Shown here: piece after piece, positions 1 to 11,206 of the stretch | How positions within the stretch are numbered: position 1 is the stretch's first letter | How the letters are laid out: the number at the start of each line of letters is the position of its first letter | Assembly (NCBI RefSeq): GCF_006345805.1 | Contig: NC_043015.1 | Coordinates: forward strand, 35,278,001 to 35,342,000 | Length of the DNA: 64,000 nt | Direction: 5' to 3' | Origin: Octopus sinensis | Taxonomy: Eukaryota | Made by a program: the position numbers and the translations under genes | The notes under the pieces: model-generated | What the model saw: only the letters and a program-made list of their open reading frames with translations | Told to the model about the DNA's origin: nothing | Databases searched by the model: none

Positions 1-12
1 ACATGGAGGAAA

Positions 13-1929
13 TCTACCCACGTGTGTTGTGAGTTATTTTGTATGTGAAAATTGGAAAAAAAACTGTTAAAAATTGTCAAAAAATTGAATCGCGCGAGGC
101 GTTTGCCGCTATGTGTTTGAACCTTTTATAGAAGGTGTGTCGACCCTCAAGTCATGGAGACTTACGCGGGGGTCGCCACAACAAAAAGTGACGAGTCTCT
201 TAGAATAAAAGAAGTGTTCTTTAGAAAAGAACAATTGAAGGAATACGAGAAGTTCGTCAAAAGGGAGGGTGACAGCGTGAAGCTGGTCCCACCTGTGGAA
301 ACAATAGAAGAGAAAAATAACAAGACGATAACGTATAGAACGCAAGATAGAAACACGAGAAAACTGGTGAGAGTGACGATTGAAGAAATAGAGAAATGTC
401 TGGGGGACATCATGAAAAAAGCGACTTTTGTAGACAGAGGAAAGAAATATGGTACGGTGGAGGTGAGATGCGCAACAAAGGAAGTGGCGGCCTCATTGGC
501 TTCCACTGTCCTGAAAGCGGAAAATTTCACCATGTGGCCGACGTATAAAGGAAGACGAGGGGTACGGGTAAGAGTCCCAAAGGTGCCCCCAAATATTAAA
601 ACAGAAATGCTGGTAACAGCCATTATTGGGGCAGCAAAAGAGGAAGTAGAAATAGGGTCAATTAAGGAGACGAACGTTGTAAATTGGAAGGGATTCGGAG
701 TAGAGTTGTGGCTGATGGCCACAATGGAAGACATCGAAAGATTTCCCTTCCAAATAGAAATAGAAAACGAGAAAACAATTAGTGTAATAGTGGAAGGCAG
801 AAAACCGAATTGCTACCTGTGCGGTTCAAGAGGGCACATAAAAAAGGAATGTCCGCTGTATGAATTCACAGCGGAGCAAAAGAGACACAAAGTGGAGAGA
901 AGGAAAACGAACACGAAGGAAAGAACAGCGAAAACAAGGAAAAGGAAATAACGGAGAAACAACAAGAGAAGGGAAGTAACAGCGCACTGAAGGAAAATGA
1001 AAACAAAGGGAAGAAGATAGTAGAAAAGGAGCAAAATTCACAGGGTGCAGAAGTAGTGGAGAAGGAGCCAAGGCAGAAGCAAGAGAAAGAAAAGGAAAGT
1101 ACATTAAAGGAAAGAGAAAAAGCAGGAAAAGAACAAGAGAAGGAACAGAACCAAGAGAAAGGAAAAGATGGTATGCAAAAAGGAAAAGAAACAACAGGAA
1201 AGGAACTTAAGGCACAGGGTAGAGAGACGGCAGACAAAGAGCCAAAAAGACAAGAGAAGGAAAAAGAAAGAAGAGAAAGCAAAAAGAGAGAAAGAGAGAA
1301 ACCGAGGGAGGAGAAAAAAGAGGAAGTAAATCCTAAGAGAAAAACTAGAGAAAACGTAGGTACGAATAGAAAATTCAAATACTATGGAACGTTGATCCAT
1401 CACAGGCACTGTGAGGAGATGGAAGATTTAATAAACGTAACAAACGATATACGTGGGTCAGGATGGGCACCGAATGGAAAGAAACAGGTGCACTCGTCCA
1501 CGAGAACGACGCCGAGGCGTTCATCGAGGCAGCTGGCAAGAACGTGTCAAAACATATGAAATGCCGACTTACAAGGTGGCCTCGAACGATGGAAGTTTAC
1601 TCAGATTTGGTAGACATAATGGAGTATATATAAAAGAAAAGGTATTGTGAAAACTTTAATTTGGAAATGATAAAAAGAACTTTAAATTCTGAAAAAAAAA
1701 AAAGAAATGTTGAACATTGTAAAACTTTTGAAATGTATGTTGAAAATGTATAAAATGTTTTATTTGGAAAATATTGTTGACGAATAAAAAACAAATGACG
1801 AAATGTAACCGCTCGATTTCGGGGATCGAGTGGGCATTACACCACATTGTACAAACTTCATAATTCATTATTCATTTTCCCGATTGTATTGTCCCATCTA
1901 TGTAGCCCCTAGTGGGTAATAATAAAACA
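13..1929 (+). mobile_element. ORF1-only non-autonomous non-LTR retroelement (HAL1-like, L1/Tx1-type ORF1)
   Basis: Short 5' UTR, gag-like ORF1, about 300 nt of 3' UTR and a 3' tail GTCCCATCTATGTAGCCCCTAGTGGGTAATAATAAAAC. Flanked by the direct repeat ACATGGAGGAAA at 1-12 and 1930-1941. No endonuclease or RT sequence. Confidence 0.65.
154..1633 (+). pseudogene. LINE ORF1-like protein: TYAGVA motif, RRM-like region, CCHC knuckle, long Glu/Lys-rich coil. Two apparent 1-nt deletions.
   Basis: VIVEGRKPNCYLCGSRGHIKKECP is a CX2CX4HX4C knuckle. The frame continues (shift near 880) into the charged ORF 1056-1559 and (shift near 1465) into WKETGALVHENDAEAFIEAAGK...IMEYI*. About 490 aa if repaired. Confidence 0.7.
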
Positions 1930-2245
1930 ACATGGAGGAAAGCACCTTCGAAAAGTGTCTTGGTGCGACTATGAAAGGTATCTAATCAGAGGCGGTAAAT
2001 TCGCCACAATAGAAGCAAGGTTCGAGTCAACAGAGCGTGCAAGGGAGTACTCGACTCGAACTTGCAAAGTGGAAATATTTTATTTTTACCTTTATATCTG
2101 GGACATAGGACGTCCCGGAAAAAAATTTAAAACGCCCCCCCCCCCCCAGTAGAGGTAGGCTGGATTGTAGCCACACTTCTATACAAGAGGGAGGACAAGA
2201 TACAATTGATCGAAATTACAAGAGACGGGCTAACAATTCCAGTCT
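1930..2245 (+). mobile_element. Degraded fragment of a related ORF1 (older subfamily, target of the element at 13-1929)
   Basis: Frameshifted EESTFEKCLGATM..YLIRGGKFATIEARFESTERAREYST aligns by eye to EEIEKCLGDIMKKATFVDRGKKYGTVEVRCATKEVAASLAST of the ORF at 154. Confidence 0.6.
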
Positions 2246-2364
2246 GTTATATATTTTGAATATTGTTATCACAAGATATAACTTTGTATTTTGTATTTTA
2301 TGTGTAGATGTATATATATAGATGTACATGTAATATGTACACATATATACACATATATACATGC

Positions 2365-2406
2365 ACTAGCACTATGACCCAGCAACGACGGGTCTTTAAT
2401 GCTAGT
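2365..2406. repeat. 42-bp palindrome resembling a Helitron 3' end (hairpin plus CTAG)
   Basis: ACTAGCACTATGACCC-AGCAACGAC-GGGTCTTTAATGCTAGT. Confidence 0.35.
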
Positions 2407-2699
2407 ATGGAATAAATACAAACAGCAGTCACTCAGAATGATAGTTGATGATCCTGATTTTTTATCTGTTTTATCTCACTCAATTCATTCACCATAATTC
2501 AAATTTACAAAAGGTTTTCATGCTCCTCTTCTTGCATTCTATAGTATTTTCCTTTTGGCTCATTTTTTGTGGTCATTTTTTTGTCTTTTATTCATTTTTT
2601 ACATCCCTTCACATGATTCAGCCTCAAGTTATTCTTACAAGGCTTTTCAATTCTATCCCTTAAACCAGCATTACATCTAATATTTCCTAATTAATACAA

Positions 2700-3130
2700 A
2701 TTCTCATCAACCTCTTCATATGTATTTCATTTTCCTCTTAGCTCTTCTTGATCTACAGCTTAACTGCTTTTATTAAATCCTCATATTTTCTAATTGAAAC
2801 AGCTATATCTTCCACACTTCAGGATTTTCTAATCATTACATCTATGTAACTGAGTGGTTTTCATCCTTTATAAGATGCAGAAGTCTCCAACTTCTGGTAT
2901 GGCCTGTTGCTCAGTGTGATAACAGCAGTCAGTAAAACTTTGTTGTTGAGCAGTAAATGTACATCTAGATAAAAATATGCCACTAAATCACTTTTCATCT
3001 TCTTTTGAGTTGTTTCGAGCCTCACAAGAAACCTGGTGTCCATATCATCACGGCAATCTGGGCACTTCTTTTACATGGTCCAGATTTTGGCCTCATAGAG
3101 AAGAATACTCTCTACACATGCTCTAAAGAA
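2700..3130 (-). mobile_element. Old RTE-type LINE RT C-terminal relic
   Basis: Minus strand FFRACVESILLYEAKIWTM resembles the RTE motif FRAxVESVLLYGxETWTL. Many stops. Confidence 0.4.
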
Positions 3131-3147
3131 GGTTAGCCTTGTTAAAC

Positions 3148-3250
3148 GGCTGATGTAGTTTAACTCTTTTTTTGTTTCAAGGCTTGAGCACCAATTGAAA
3201 AATTCAAATTTGATTGCAAAGAATCCAAATTAGATTGAAAACATTTATAA
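3148..3250 (+). repeat. Solo truncated arm of the fold-back family at 53971-54496
   Basis: GGCTGATGTAGTTTAACT...CAAGGCTTGAGCACCAATTGAAAAATTCAAATTTGATTGCAAAGAATCCAAATTAGATTGAAAACAT is near-identical to about 54394-54490. Confidence 0.85.
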
Positions 3251-3363
3251 TAAAGTCAGATTTTGAACTTCATAGTTGAGAAACCACAAGATCAAGACTT
3301 GGAGAAAGATGCTATAATGCAAACTCGTTTAACCTATCCAATGATAATGATTACAATGCGTAC

Positions 3364-3476
3364 CTGATCCCAATGTCGATTTCTCATCCCTGGATTTCTA
3401 AGTCCCTGAAACAGTGGAATAAAAGGTCTAAATTCTTCAATCTGGCCTTTTATAATTATGGCAACTTCTTGAACAA
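3364..3476 (-). CDS. DNAH1: Dynein heavy chain exon, 113 nt
   Basis: Acceptor ttattttcag| and donor CAG|gtacgc. Reads VQEVAIIIKGQIEEFRPFIPLFQGLRNPGMRNRHWDQ, which contains the conserved dynein LRNPGMRxRHW motif. The next exon must lie beyond position 1. Confidence 0.92.
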
Positions 3477-4194
3477 CTGAAAATAAAGAATCAAAAAGTT
3501 TAAAATTTTAAATATTAGCATCAAACTACACATACAACAGAATGATACGTCTATATTAAAATGTTTGATGACACTCTGCCAAACAACGTAATTATACTTC
3601 ATCTGCAAGGTTAAGAAGTATTTTTAAGAGTATACCACGTTAATTTATTTGATTCCTTATTGTCAAGGAAGTCAAGATTTTGTTGAATAATTAAACATAT
3701 TTTAACAATCAAAGACAAACACCCATCTCTGTAATAAATGCCACCAATGCACAGGCATCACTCTCTGTATCACACTGCCCATATATTCAAGAAACAATTT
3801 CATAAATTTCCCTTCAGTTCAGATGAAATATGATATTCAGTAATGTAAAGAAATATAACTAAATTTTGCATAGTTAAACACTGTGCAATGAATATCTGAC
3901 TGATAGTCAAAAAAGTTATGCTAACACATACTTATAAAAATTAAGGTCAGAACTAAGATACTGAATGTCATGAAGTCTGTCAAATCTATTCCTTAATCTT
4001 TAACATTCTGAGTTTTCTTTTTTTCTTTTCATAAAAAAAGACTATTCTGTGAAATAGGCATGATTCTTTAAAATGAGTCATTTAGATTTACTTAAAACCA
4101 ATTTTTCTTTGTTCTTTTTTCAGGCTTCAGTTATTGGACTATGGCCTTGCTGGAATAGCACCATATATAGACCTTTTAATTTTTGATATTTAAT

Positions 4195-4420
4195 CAAAAT
4201 CAAATTCGATGACTGGAATCTGTGCTAGCGGGGTGCAAAGAGCACCATACGAGTGTGGTCGTTGGCAGAGCGGCTAACTGGCTTCCGTGCCATTGGCACA
4301 TAAAAGGTACTATTCGAGTGTGATCGTTACCAGTGTTACCTTACTGGCACTTGTGCCTGTGCAAGTAGAGTGCCAAGAGCACCATCCAAGCGTGTTCATT
4401 GCCAGAGGGCACCCATGGCA
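4195..4420 (+). repeat. Fragment of the RTE/SINE 3'-UTR 60-mer repeat family
   Basis: Degenerate units of the GTGCC..TGGCACATAAAAG and GAGCACCAT type. Confidence 0.5.
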
Positions 4421-4869
4421 ATTGATACAGTTGTATCAATAGGAAAATAGCATCAGTGGTACTTCTCTCTTGCATAAAGCTAACACTGTATATATGTTAT
4501 GTATGAAACAAATAAATTTTTAATTTAATGCTGTTTCAATTATGCCTAATAGATAAATTACATATCATTTAAATTATGAAAGACTTCTGAATCACCTTGT
4601 ATAACTTTGCTTTTCTAATGCGTAATGTAGTATCTTTTCCACTATTTGCCATACTATATCATATAGTATCTTCATTACTTAATATTACAACTAATTCAAA
4701 ATCAGTTGTTTTTACCAATTCTAACCAGCTTTTAATAATTTCAATATTGTCAAGTCAAAACTTCAAATAAATGATTGATAAATCAAGAGAGGTAACAGAA
4801 CTTCAGCTTGGTCATGGCTACAAAGTTTTGTAGTCAAATGAACATATAAAGAGAATTGAAATTACATAC

Positions 4870-5068
4870 CAGGACTGTCTTGAAATATTCTGACTGATTT
4901 ATGCATAATTTTATAAGAATCCAGAACATTCTTTTCAACGTCTTCAGCATTGATAGACAGCAGTGGATCATTCAGCCAGCTGTCATGCCATCTCTGCCAG
5001 TCGGATGCTGTAACCCAAAGGCTGCGAAATGGTTCAAATTCTTTTACCATCAGATGAAGTTTATCATA
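4870..5068 (-). CDS. DNAH1: Dynein heavy chain exon, 199 nt (start of the N-terminal region 2/linker)
   Basis: Acceptor ctatttttag| and donor CTG|gtatgt. Reads YDKLHLMVKEFEPFRSLWVTASDWQRWHDSWLNDPLLSINAEDVEKNVLDSYKIMHKSVRIFQDSP. Confidence 0.92.
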
Positions 5069-5599
5069 CTAAAAATAGAATTAGATAATGGATAAGGATA
5101 TTATTGGAACTCATTACAGTTCTTCCTGAAAAACTTTCAGTGACTTCATTAAGTACACTAAGAAAATAAGAAGACAGATTACATCCTTAATTCAAAATAC
5201 TTAAATTAACCAAGCATAAAAATACATTGAAATATAATTCCAAAGACATCAGTAATAAAATTAAATGTCAGGCTGAATTTTAGGGAGCTCATACATTTAT
5301 AAATGACAACATTTATGATAAGTTGTAGAGTCATCATCATCATCATCACCACACTGTCCTTTTCTTCCGTGCTGGATGAAATTAATTTTTCTTTGTCAGT
5401 CCTTTGTTACCTGGTTTGCAATAAATATGCACTACCAATTCCTCTTATTTTACATGATATTTTTTAGAGTGTTTTTTATGGCTAAATACTCTTAACTATG
5501 TCAGTGGTGTATTTAACTGTGTATTTAATTACAAAACAAAAGCCTGTCTGCAACAAAAAGATAAATAAATGGGAACTGGAAGTAATAATAGACAAGGTT

Positions 5600-6100
5600 T
5601 ATTTATGCTATACAGGTGATACCACTCTTCACTCTTTCCCATCCAGGTGACATCCACAAGCAATCTAAACATGATACATGCATTATTTCTTCCACAAATA
5701 AAGAACCCCCAAATATTCTCCGAAGGGAATATGACAATCTCGTTTCCTTCAACAGCACAAAGAGAGACTATACATATCAAATAGAGAGGCAATTAAAATC
5801 TTCAAAGTCAATACAAAAACTAAGCCTTATAATCATTTATGACCTCTACTGGTGATGTTACATTCACAACATAGCAAAAACTGCTTCTCAAAGACTAAAC
5901 TTCTTTAGAGCTAAAGAATACTTCAGCTTCGAACAAATGCTGACTACATACAAAACTTGTGTGAGTCTCTCGATAAAAACTTCTACAAATGGGATGGTGC
6001 TGCCACTACACACAAAGACATCAAAAAGAATATCTGGAAGAATGATCAGCACACTTTGATCTCTGGGTCATGGGCACATTGTAATCTCCTCACTCTTTTT
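5600..6100 (+). mobile_element. Highly degraded CR1/L2-group RT 3' relic
   Basis: ASQRLNFFRAKEYFSFEQMLTTYKTCV..WDGAATTH-like remnants. Confidence 0.3.
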
Positions 6101-6689
6101 ACCCACTCATGGTTACATGAATGAAAACAAGCCAGTAGTAGATCCTCACCACTAGAAACCACATATGTTTACCACTCATGTAATAAATGTCCTTCTACTG
6201 ATGGTTTCAATGACACATGTCAATACACAACTGTCATGATTCTGCATTTAACTAATCCAATTATATGATAATTGGATTAAAAGCTGCAAGGCTAAAAAGT
6301 AATTTTTGCTTTGTGAATCATTAACAAGCAATGGTCACACTCACTACTGAGACAGAAGATAGTGTGTGTGCTTGAATATTTTTCCTTGATCTCTTAAATT
6401 TTTTCATACCAACTTTTAAGCTTTTGTAAAGCATTAAATATAAAAATACCCAAATTAAGTGAAATTTCTCTTCAGTATTAATAATAGCAGAACCAAAGAG
6501 AGACAACATCGTTTTTGCTCCTGTATTTTCCCTCCTCTTTTCCCCTCCCAACCTCAACTAATAATCAGTAGCACTTCTCCTGTCACACTTTATACCAAAT
6601 TTTCTTCTTACCTGGTCCAGAGGATTTCAGGAATATGGTAATTCATTGAGTAGTAGTACTTTTAATAATTATTTTGATGAGAGCTACTA

Positions 6690-7254
6690 CCTCTGTTAGT
6701 AATGAAGGACTCCTCCCACAGAGTGAAAGGCAGATAGTACGATGCCTGTCTACAAACAGCTATGCTACATGGTGGTGAGATATAGGCTATGACTACTGAG
6801 AATATATGAAGTCTTGAAAGAAATGAAGCCAGTATATTTCACTGGATGGGTAATGTCAGTGTGCATTATTAGAGTGTAAGGGATTTGAGAGAAAAACTGA
6901 GTATATGAGGCATCAGATGTAGTGCGCAAGAGAGAAAACTGCACAGGCACACCCATGTAATGTGTATGAATGAAGATAGCTGCATCATGAAGTGCAGATC
7001 TTTAACTGCAGAGGGAACATGTTGAAAGGGTAGACCCAAGAATATGTGGGACAAAGTGGTGAGAAAAGATCTTCAGACATTGGGCCACACAGAGGGGATG
7101 ACAAGGAACAAAGACTTCTGGTGGTTTGTTGTGCTTGAGAAGGTACATCAAACTAAGTAAAATCATGGTTGTCCTTGCACAGAAGCATGTCTCCTAAATC
7201 ACTCTTCAGATGAGCAATCTTAATCTTGTGGGCTCATGGGTTCTGATGCTACAT
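6690..7254 (+). mobile_element. RTE LINE 3' relic (left part). It continues at 11463-11757 and ends in (GAT)n.
   Basis: CLQTAMLHG, GRPKNMWDKVVRKDL remnants. The 3' UTR is interrupted by the Gypsy element. The tail CATGCCAGCATGGAAAATAGATGATGATG lies at about 11710-11757. Confidence 0.65.
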
Positions 7255-7683
7255 GTGCGCGATACGAATATAAAGGCACCTACCTTCTCTTCCTCGTGAT
7301 GGAGACCTTTCGGTGGTAACGGATCCTTCGACACAGCCCTGATCCGAACACTAATGATAGCTGCTGCTGCACCCAACCTAGCGACGTCTTCCCACATCCT
7401 CACACCTCGATGACCCTCGTTCGAAAGGCCAATGCCCGGTCTGCCGCGCCTGCCGGCTGCCCCCTTCTACTCCACATACTCAGCGATCCTTCGACACAGC
7501 CCTGATCCGAACACTAATGATAGCTGCTGCTGCACCCAACCTAGCGACGTCTTCCCACATCCTCACACCTCGATGACCCTCGTTCGAAAGGCCGAATGCC
7601 CGGTCTGCACGCGCCTGCCGGCTGCCCCCTTCTACTCAGCCCCAACTTCCGGTCAACTCACCCAGCTGCTGACGTCATCCCAC
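7254..7683 (-). repeat. Gypsy 3' LTR with an internal tandem duplication of about 165 bp and a clipped terminus
   Basis: The segment GATCCTTCGACACAGCCCTG...GGCTGCCCCCTTCTACTC occurs twice. The terminal 7 nt present in the 5' LTR are missing. Confidence 0.88.
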
Positions 7684-7697
7684 ACGCCACCCTGATC

Positions 7698-10384
7698 TTA
7701 AAGATCACAATCTCTTCGCTCCATGTCGTAGTCCACCATCCAACTGGGAGAGTGCCTTGCGCGTCGAGATCTTCTCAAGCTGGGCACCTCGTTCTCCCCC
7801 TCTCCAGAATCGTCGTCTGTCGAAGCGACAATCCTGCGAAGGTCCAAGACGTGTCGCGGCATTCCATCTACGGAGACGTTGTTTCTGGAATTGACCGCCG
7901 TCACCGTTCCTCTGCTCCATTGAGACGTACAGCGCACCTTTGGTGGCTTAACCCAGACTTCCTCCCCCATTTTCACACGAACGGGTCCCTTCTCTTCCTC
8001 GTGACCCTCCAGCACTTTGCTCGGGTGCCTCCATTCATATTTGAACACAGCTCTCTGCGGCACAGATTCCTCAGCTTATCCAGATCGGGGAGACAAGTTG
8101 TACCAAAAAACTGCTCCAAGCGGCGAAATGTGCCCTCTTTCCGCTATGGGCTTGACTGTCCGATGGTGCCCCTCCACGATCCCGTTACCGCTTGGCCTAT
8201 ACACTGCTCTGAACAAGCGATGCATTGTCCATCAGTAGTTCTTCCATGGGACCTCTCTCTAAAAATATCCCGTTCAGGATCTGCGCGATCTCGTCAGCAA
8301 TGCACGTTCTCAACTCCCTCCAAATGGCTGATGGTAGTGTGTCACATCTACAGCTAACCTTTTCCAGTTCTGCTCCACGGAAAGGCTTCCCTGTTCATGC
8401 CCATACGGAGCAGGGTTGATGGATTGACACCTGTCACAGCTCCCGATCACCTTCCGGATGCTTCTCCTAGTGACGTCAGCATCAATTTTCTTCGCCAGAC
8501 ACAGGGTCCTGTCCACACCCAGGTGATGCATAGCATGCAGTCTCTTCAGTTCGGAGTCATCCAACCGACACGCTGCAGCTATCCCTTTCCGGGCCTCCTC
8601 CGGTTCTTCCAACCACGCTCTTTTCACCCTGGTCAGTATGTCCACCCTGTTTTCCTCCGAAGGCATGGAAACCACATTCAGCTTCAGTCCGAACTCGGCG
8701 ATCAATTCACCTAGAACTCCTAGATGGTGCTTCACTAACATCTCTGCAGCACCTTTCGTCCGCACTCTCTTTTCACCAGTGATCACCGATCCTACCCAGC
8801 CAAGCACAGTGACCGAATCCGTCCGGATTTCAATTGTGCGGAGCCCCCATTTCAAGGCCAAGTTCACCCCTCTCAGCACCGCGTCTAATTCGGCGACATT
8901 GATGTGGTTGAAATCATCTGCTTTCCAAAGCCAGGCCACGTCCTCCACCGCAGCGCCTTCGATTGCCAACACAACCCCTATCGCTATACTGCTAGCGTCA
9001 CACCAGACATTCCGTCTTGGGCACGTACCAGTTCCCCCTGACCGGGTCTTCCGCTCTCGTCCTCTCTAGGATTTCCTGCATCATCACCACTGTCCCTTCT
9101 CCCACCTTGTCACCCCAACACTCCCCCTCTGCTCGTCTCTTGGTGTAACTACATGCCATGCGCAGCCATCCAGCGATCGGGTAGTGACTGACCAACTTCC
9201 CACACACCGAGAACAGCTCTCTCCTGCTGACACTGGAACTCAGCTCTGGGATTTCATTCCCTCTCCGGAACACCAATTCACCCGATCTATCTCTTCGCAG
9301 CTTCAGCTCTAGCGCGGCTCCCCCTTCCATCGACTCCGGTGGCTTCGCATTCAGTCCGAACTTCTCCAGATGTCTAACTACCTCGTTGGCTGGCACTACA
9401 GTTTCGTCCACCAAAATGTCATCAATGTAGGAGCTGGTGGCCTTTCAAATCTTGCCGTCTTTCCCTAGGACAGACCTAAGCACTGCCGCCATGATCTTCG
9501 GAGCGGAATTCAGCCCGAAATCCAGCCTGGTTAAACAGTATGTTCGGCCCTTGTACCGCACCAGCTGATATCGCCACAGTTTGTCGCTCACATGGAGCTG
9601 CAAGTATGCCGATTTCAAGTCGACGATCGTCGCTGCCTCGGTCGACTGTCTCCACGCACGTAACGTCTCGCCACAAACGTCTCTCACCTCACCTCCCGTG
9701 TGACACGATATGTGCTGGTTTAGCTCCCTGAAGTCCAGCACCGGTCTGACTTTTCCCTTCGTAGGCTGCACCACCGCCATCAGGGGTAGCACTCCGCCCG
9801 CTACCTCCTCCTTCCAAGGGACGAGGACCCCTTCCTCGATCCACCTCTCCACCTCGTCTTCAAACTCGACCCTGGCGTGGCCTTTCAGGGTATGCTGGTA
9901 ACAGCTCACCCTGTTTTCCAGTGTTGGGGGCTCGTCCTTCCATCGCCACTCTATCATCCACCGCCTGAAAGTCTTTGTCCTCGATGGTGTAAGCGGCGCA
10001 GTCCCTCGCGGAGCTCTGCTCTCTCTGGCGATCCTGACTCGCAGTGCACGACGCCCCTACGCTTCCGAATGTGACCTCATTTCCCACAACACTGATGCCA
10101 CCGAGGCAGTTGTTGGCGTCCATCCCCATCACCACATCAACTCCATCTATCACGCGTTTGGCCACAATTGCCTGCAGCCTTAGCGTCATGCCGCGCACCA
10201 CTATCTCTACCTTGCTGCTGCCTCTGCAACGGATTTCGCTGCCATCGACCGCCCGGACGCTACTCGCCCTGTTCCATTCCTTCGTCACCCTCAAAGTCAC
10301 AAGGGTGGTCGTACAGCCCATATCCACGAGGGCCTTGAACTTCTTCCCCTCGGCCTCCACGTCAATCAATGGCAGCATCTCCAA
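7698..10384 (-). pseudogene. Gypsy pol (PR-RT-RNaseH-IN), broken by stops, frameshifts and deletions in the integrase core
   Basis: ORFs 9860-10384, 9445-9957, 8998-9414, 8310-8972 and 7698-8063 carry the successive domains. Confidence 0.88.
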
Positions 10385-10396
10385 TAGCGCCTCTAC

Positions 10397-11156
10397 TCAT
10401 TTGCGGAGAAAGTTTGAGAAGCAGCAACTTCCCCGCAGTCGTTTCCCTGCTCGCAAACACGGACAATGTGCCCTGTCTGCCTGCATCGATAGCAAACAGG
10501 CCCTGGTTGTGTACAGTCCCACGCCATGTGTGGTCCCTAGCATCTAAAACACCATCCTGAGAACGGCCGCTCTCGTTGCATGGTAAGCTTCTGTACATCT
10601 TTCTCCAGTCATCGTCCGTCTTTACGCGTCTCCGTCACCGCCATCGCTATCGCCTTCCGCCGAGAGTGCCACGTCAACACGCAGGCCTGAGCCACAAGTT
10701 CGCTCAGCGCCATCTTTTTAATCCCGGCAATCGTTGTAGGTGAATCCCTACATCGTCGGGGAACCCATTCACAAACGCCAGCCGGGCTGCTCTCTCCAGC
10801 CCTTCTCCCGCAAACCCAGCCAGAGTCGCTAACCTTCTAACTTCTGCTGCGTAGTCATCCACTTGTCCTCTTGTCCATCTGATCGCACCTAGCTTAGCAA
10901 AAGCTGTGTATTCACATTCTGTGTAGGCATCCCGCAAGCGTCGCTCTATGTTCTCGCTCAGCCGTTCCTCTTCATCCATCTCAAGGTATAGCGTTAAGGC
11001 ACTCCCTTCTAAATACAGCGCCATAAGACTTGCTACATCGCTTATACCTTGCAGTCTTGCCACCAGCCTGATTTTGCGAATCCAGGCCACTACATCGCCT
11101 TCACCATTAAAGGGTCTGACAATGTCGCTGGCGATCCTAATTTTTGCAGACATCAT
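10397..11156 (-). pseudogene. Gypsy gag (frameshifted)
   Basis: MSAKIRIASDIVRPFNGEGDVVAWIRKIRLVARLQ... then CCHC knuckle near 10470-10510, ending GNDCGE...ANE*. Confidence 0.8.
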
Positions 11157-11206
11157 GGCGACGAATCGTGTTGAAATGTAAATATTTAAGAATCACCGAA
11201 ATAGCT

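Noticed and set aside
162-1409. Hydrophobic F/L/S-rich minus-strand ORFs
   Set aside because: They are antisense shadows of the purine-rich ORF1 coil region.
1-1941. ACATGGAGGAAA repeats as LTR ends
   Set aside because: The match is only 12 bp, there is no TG...CA or PPT, and the second copy is part of an older ORF1 relic. A TSD fits better.
1-3363. Next DNAH1 exon (expected to contain a GKEY-like motif)
   Set aside because: No matching peptide with splice sites was found, so it probably lies outside the window.
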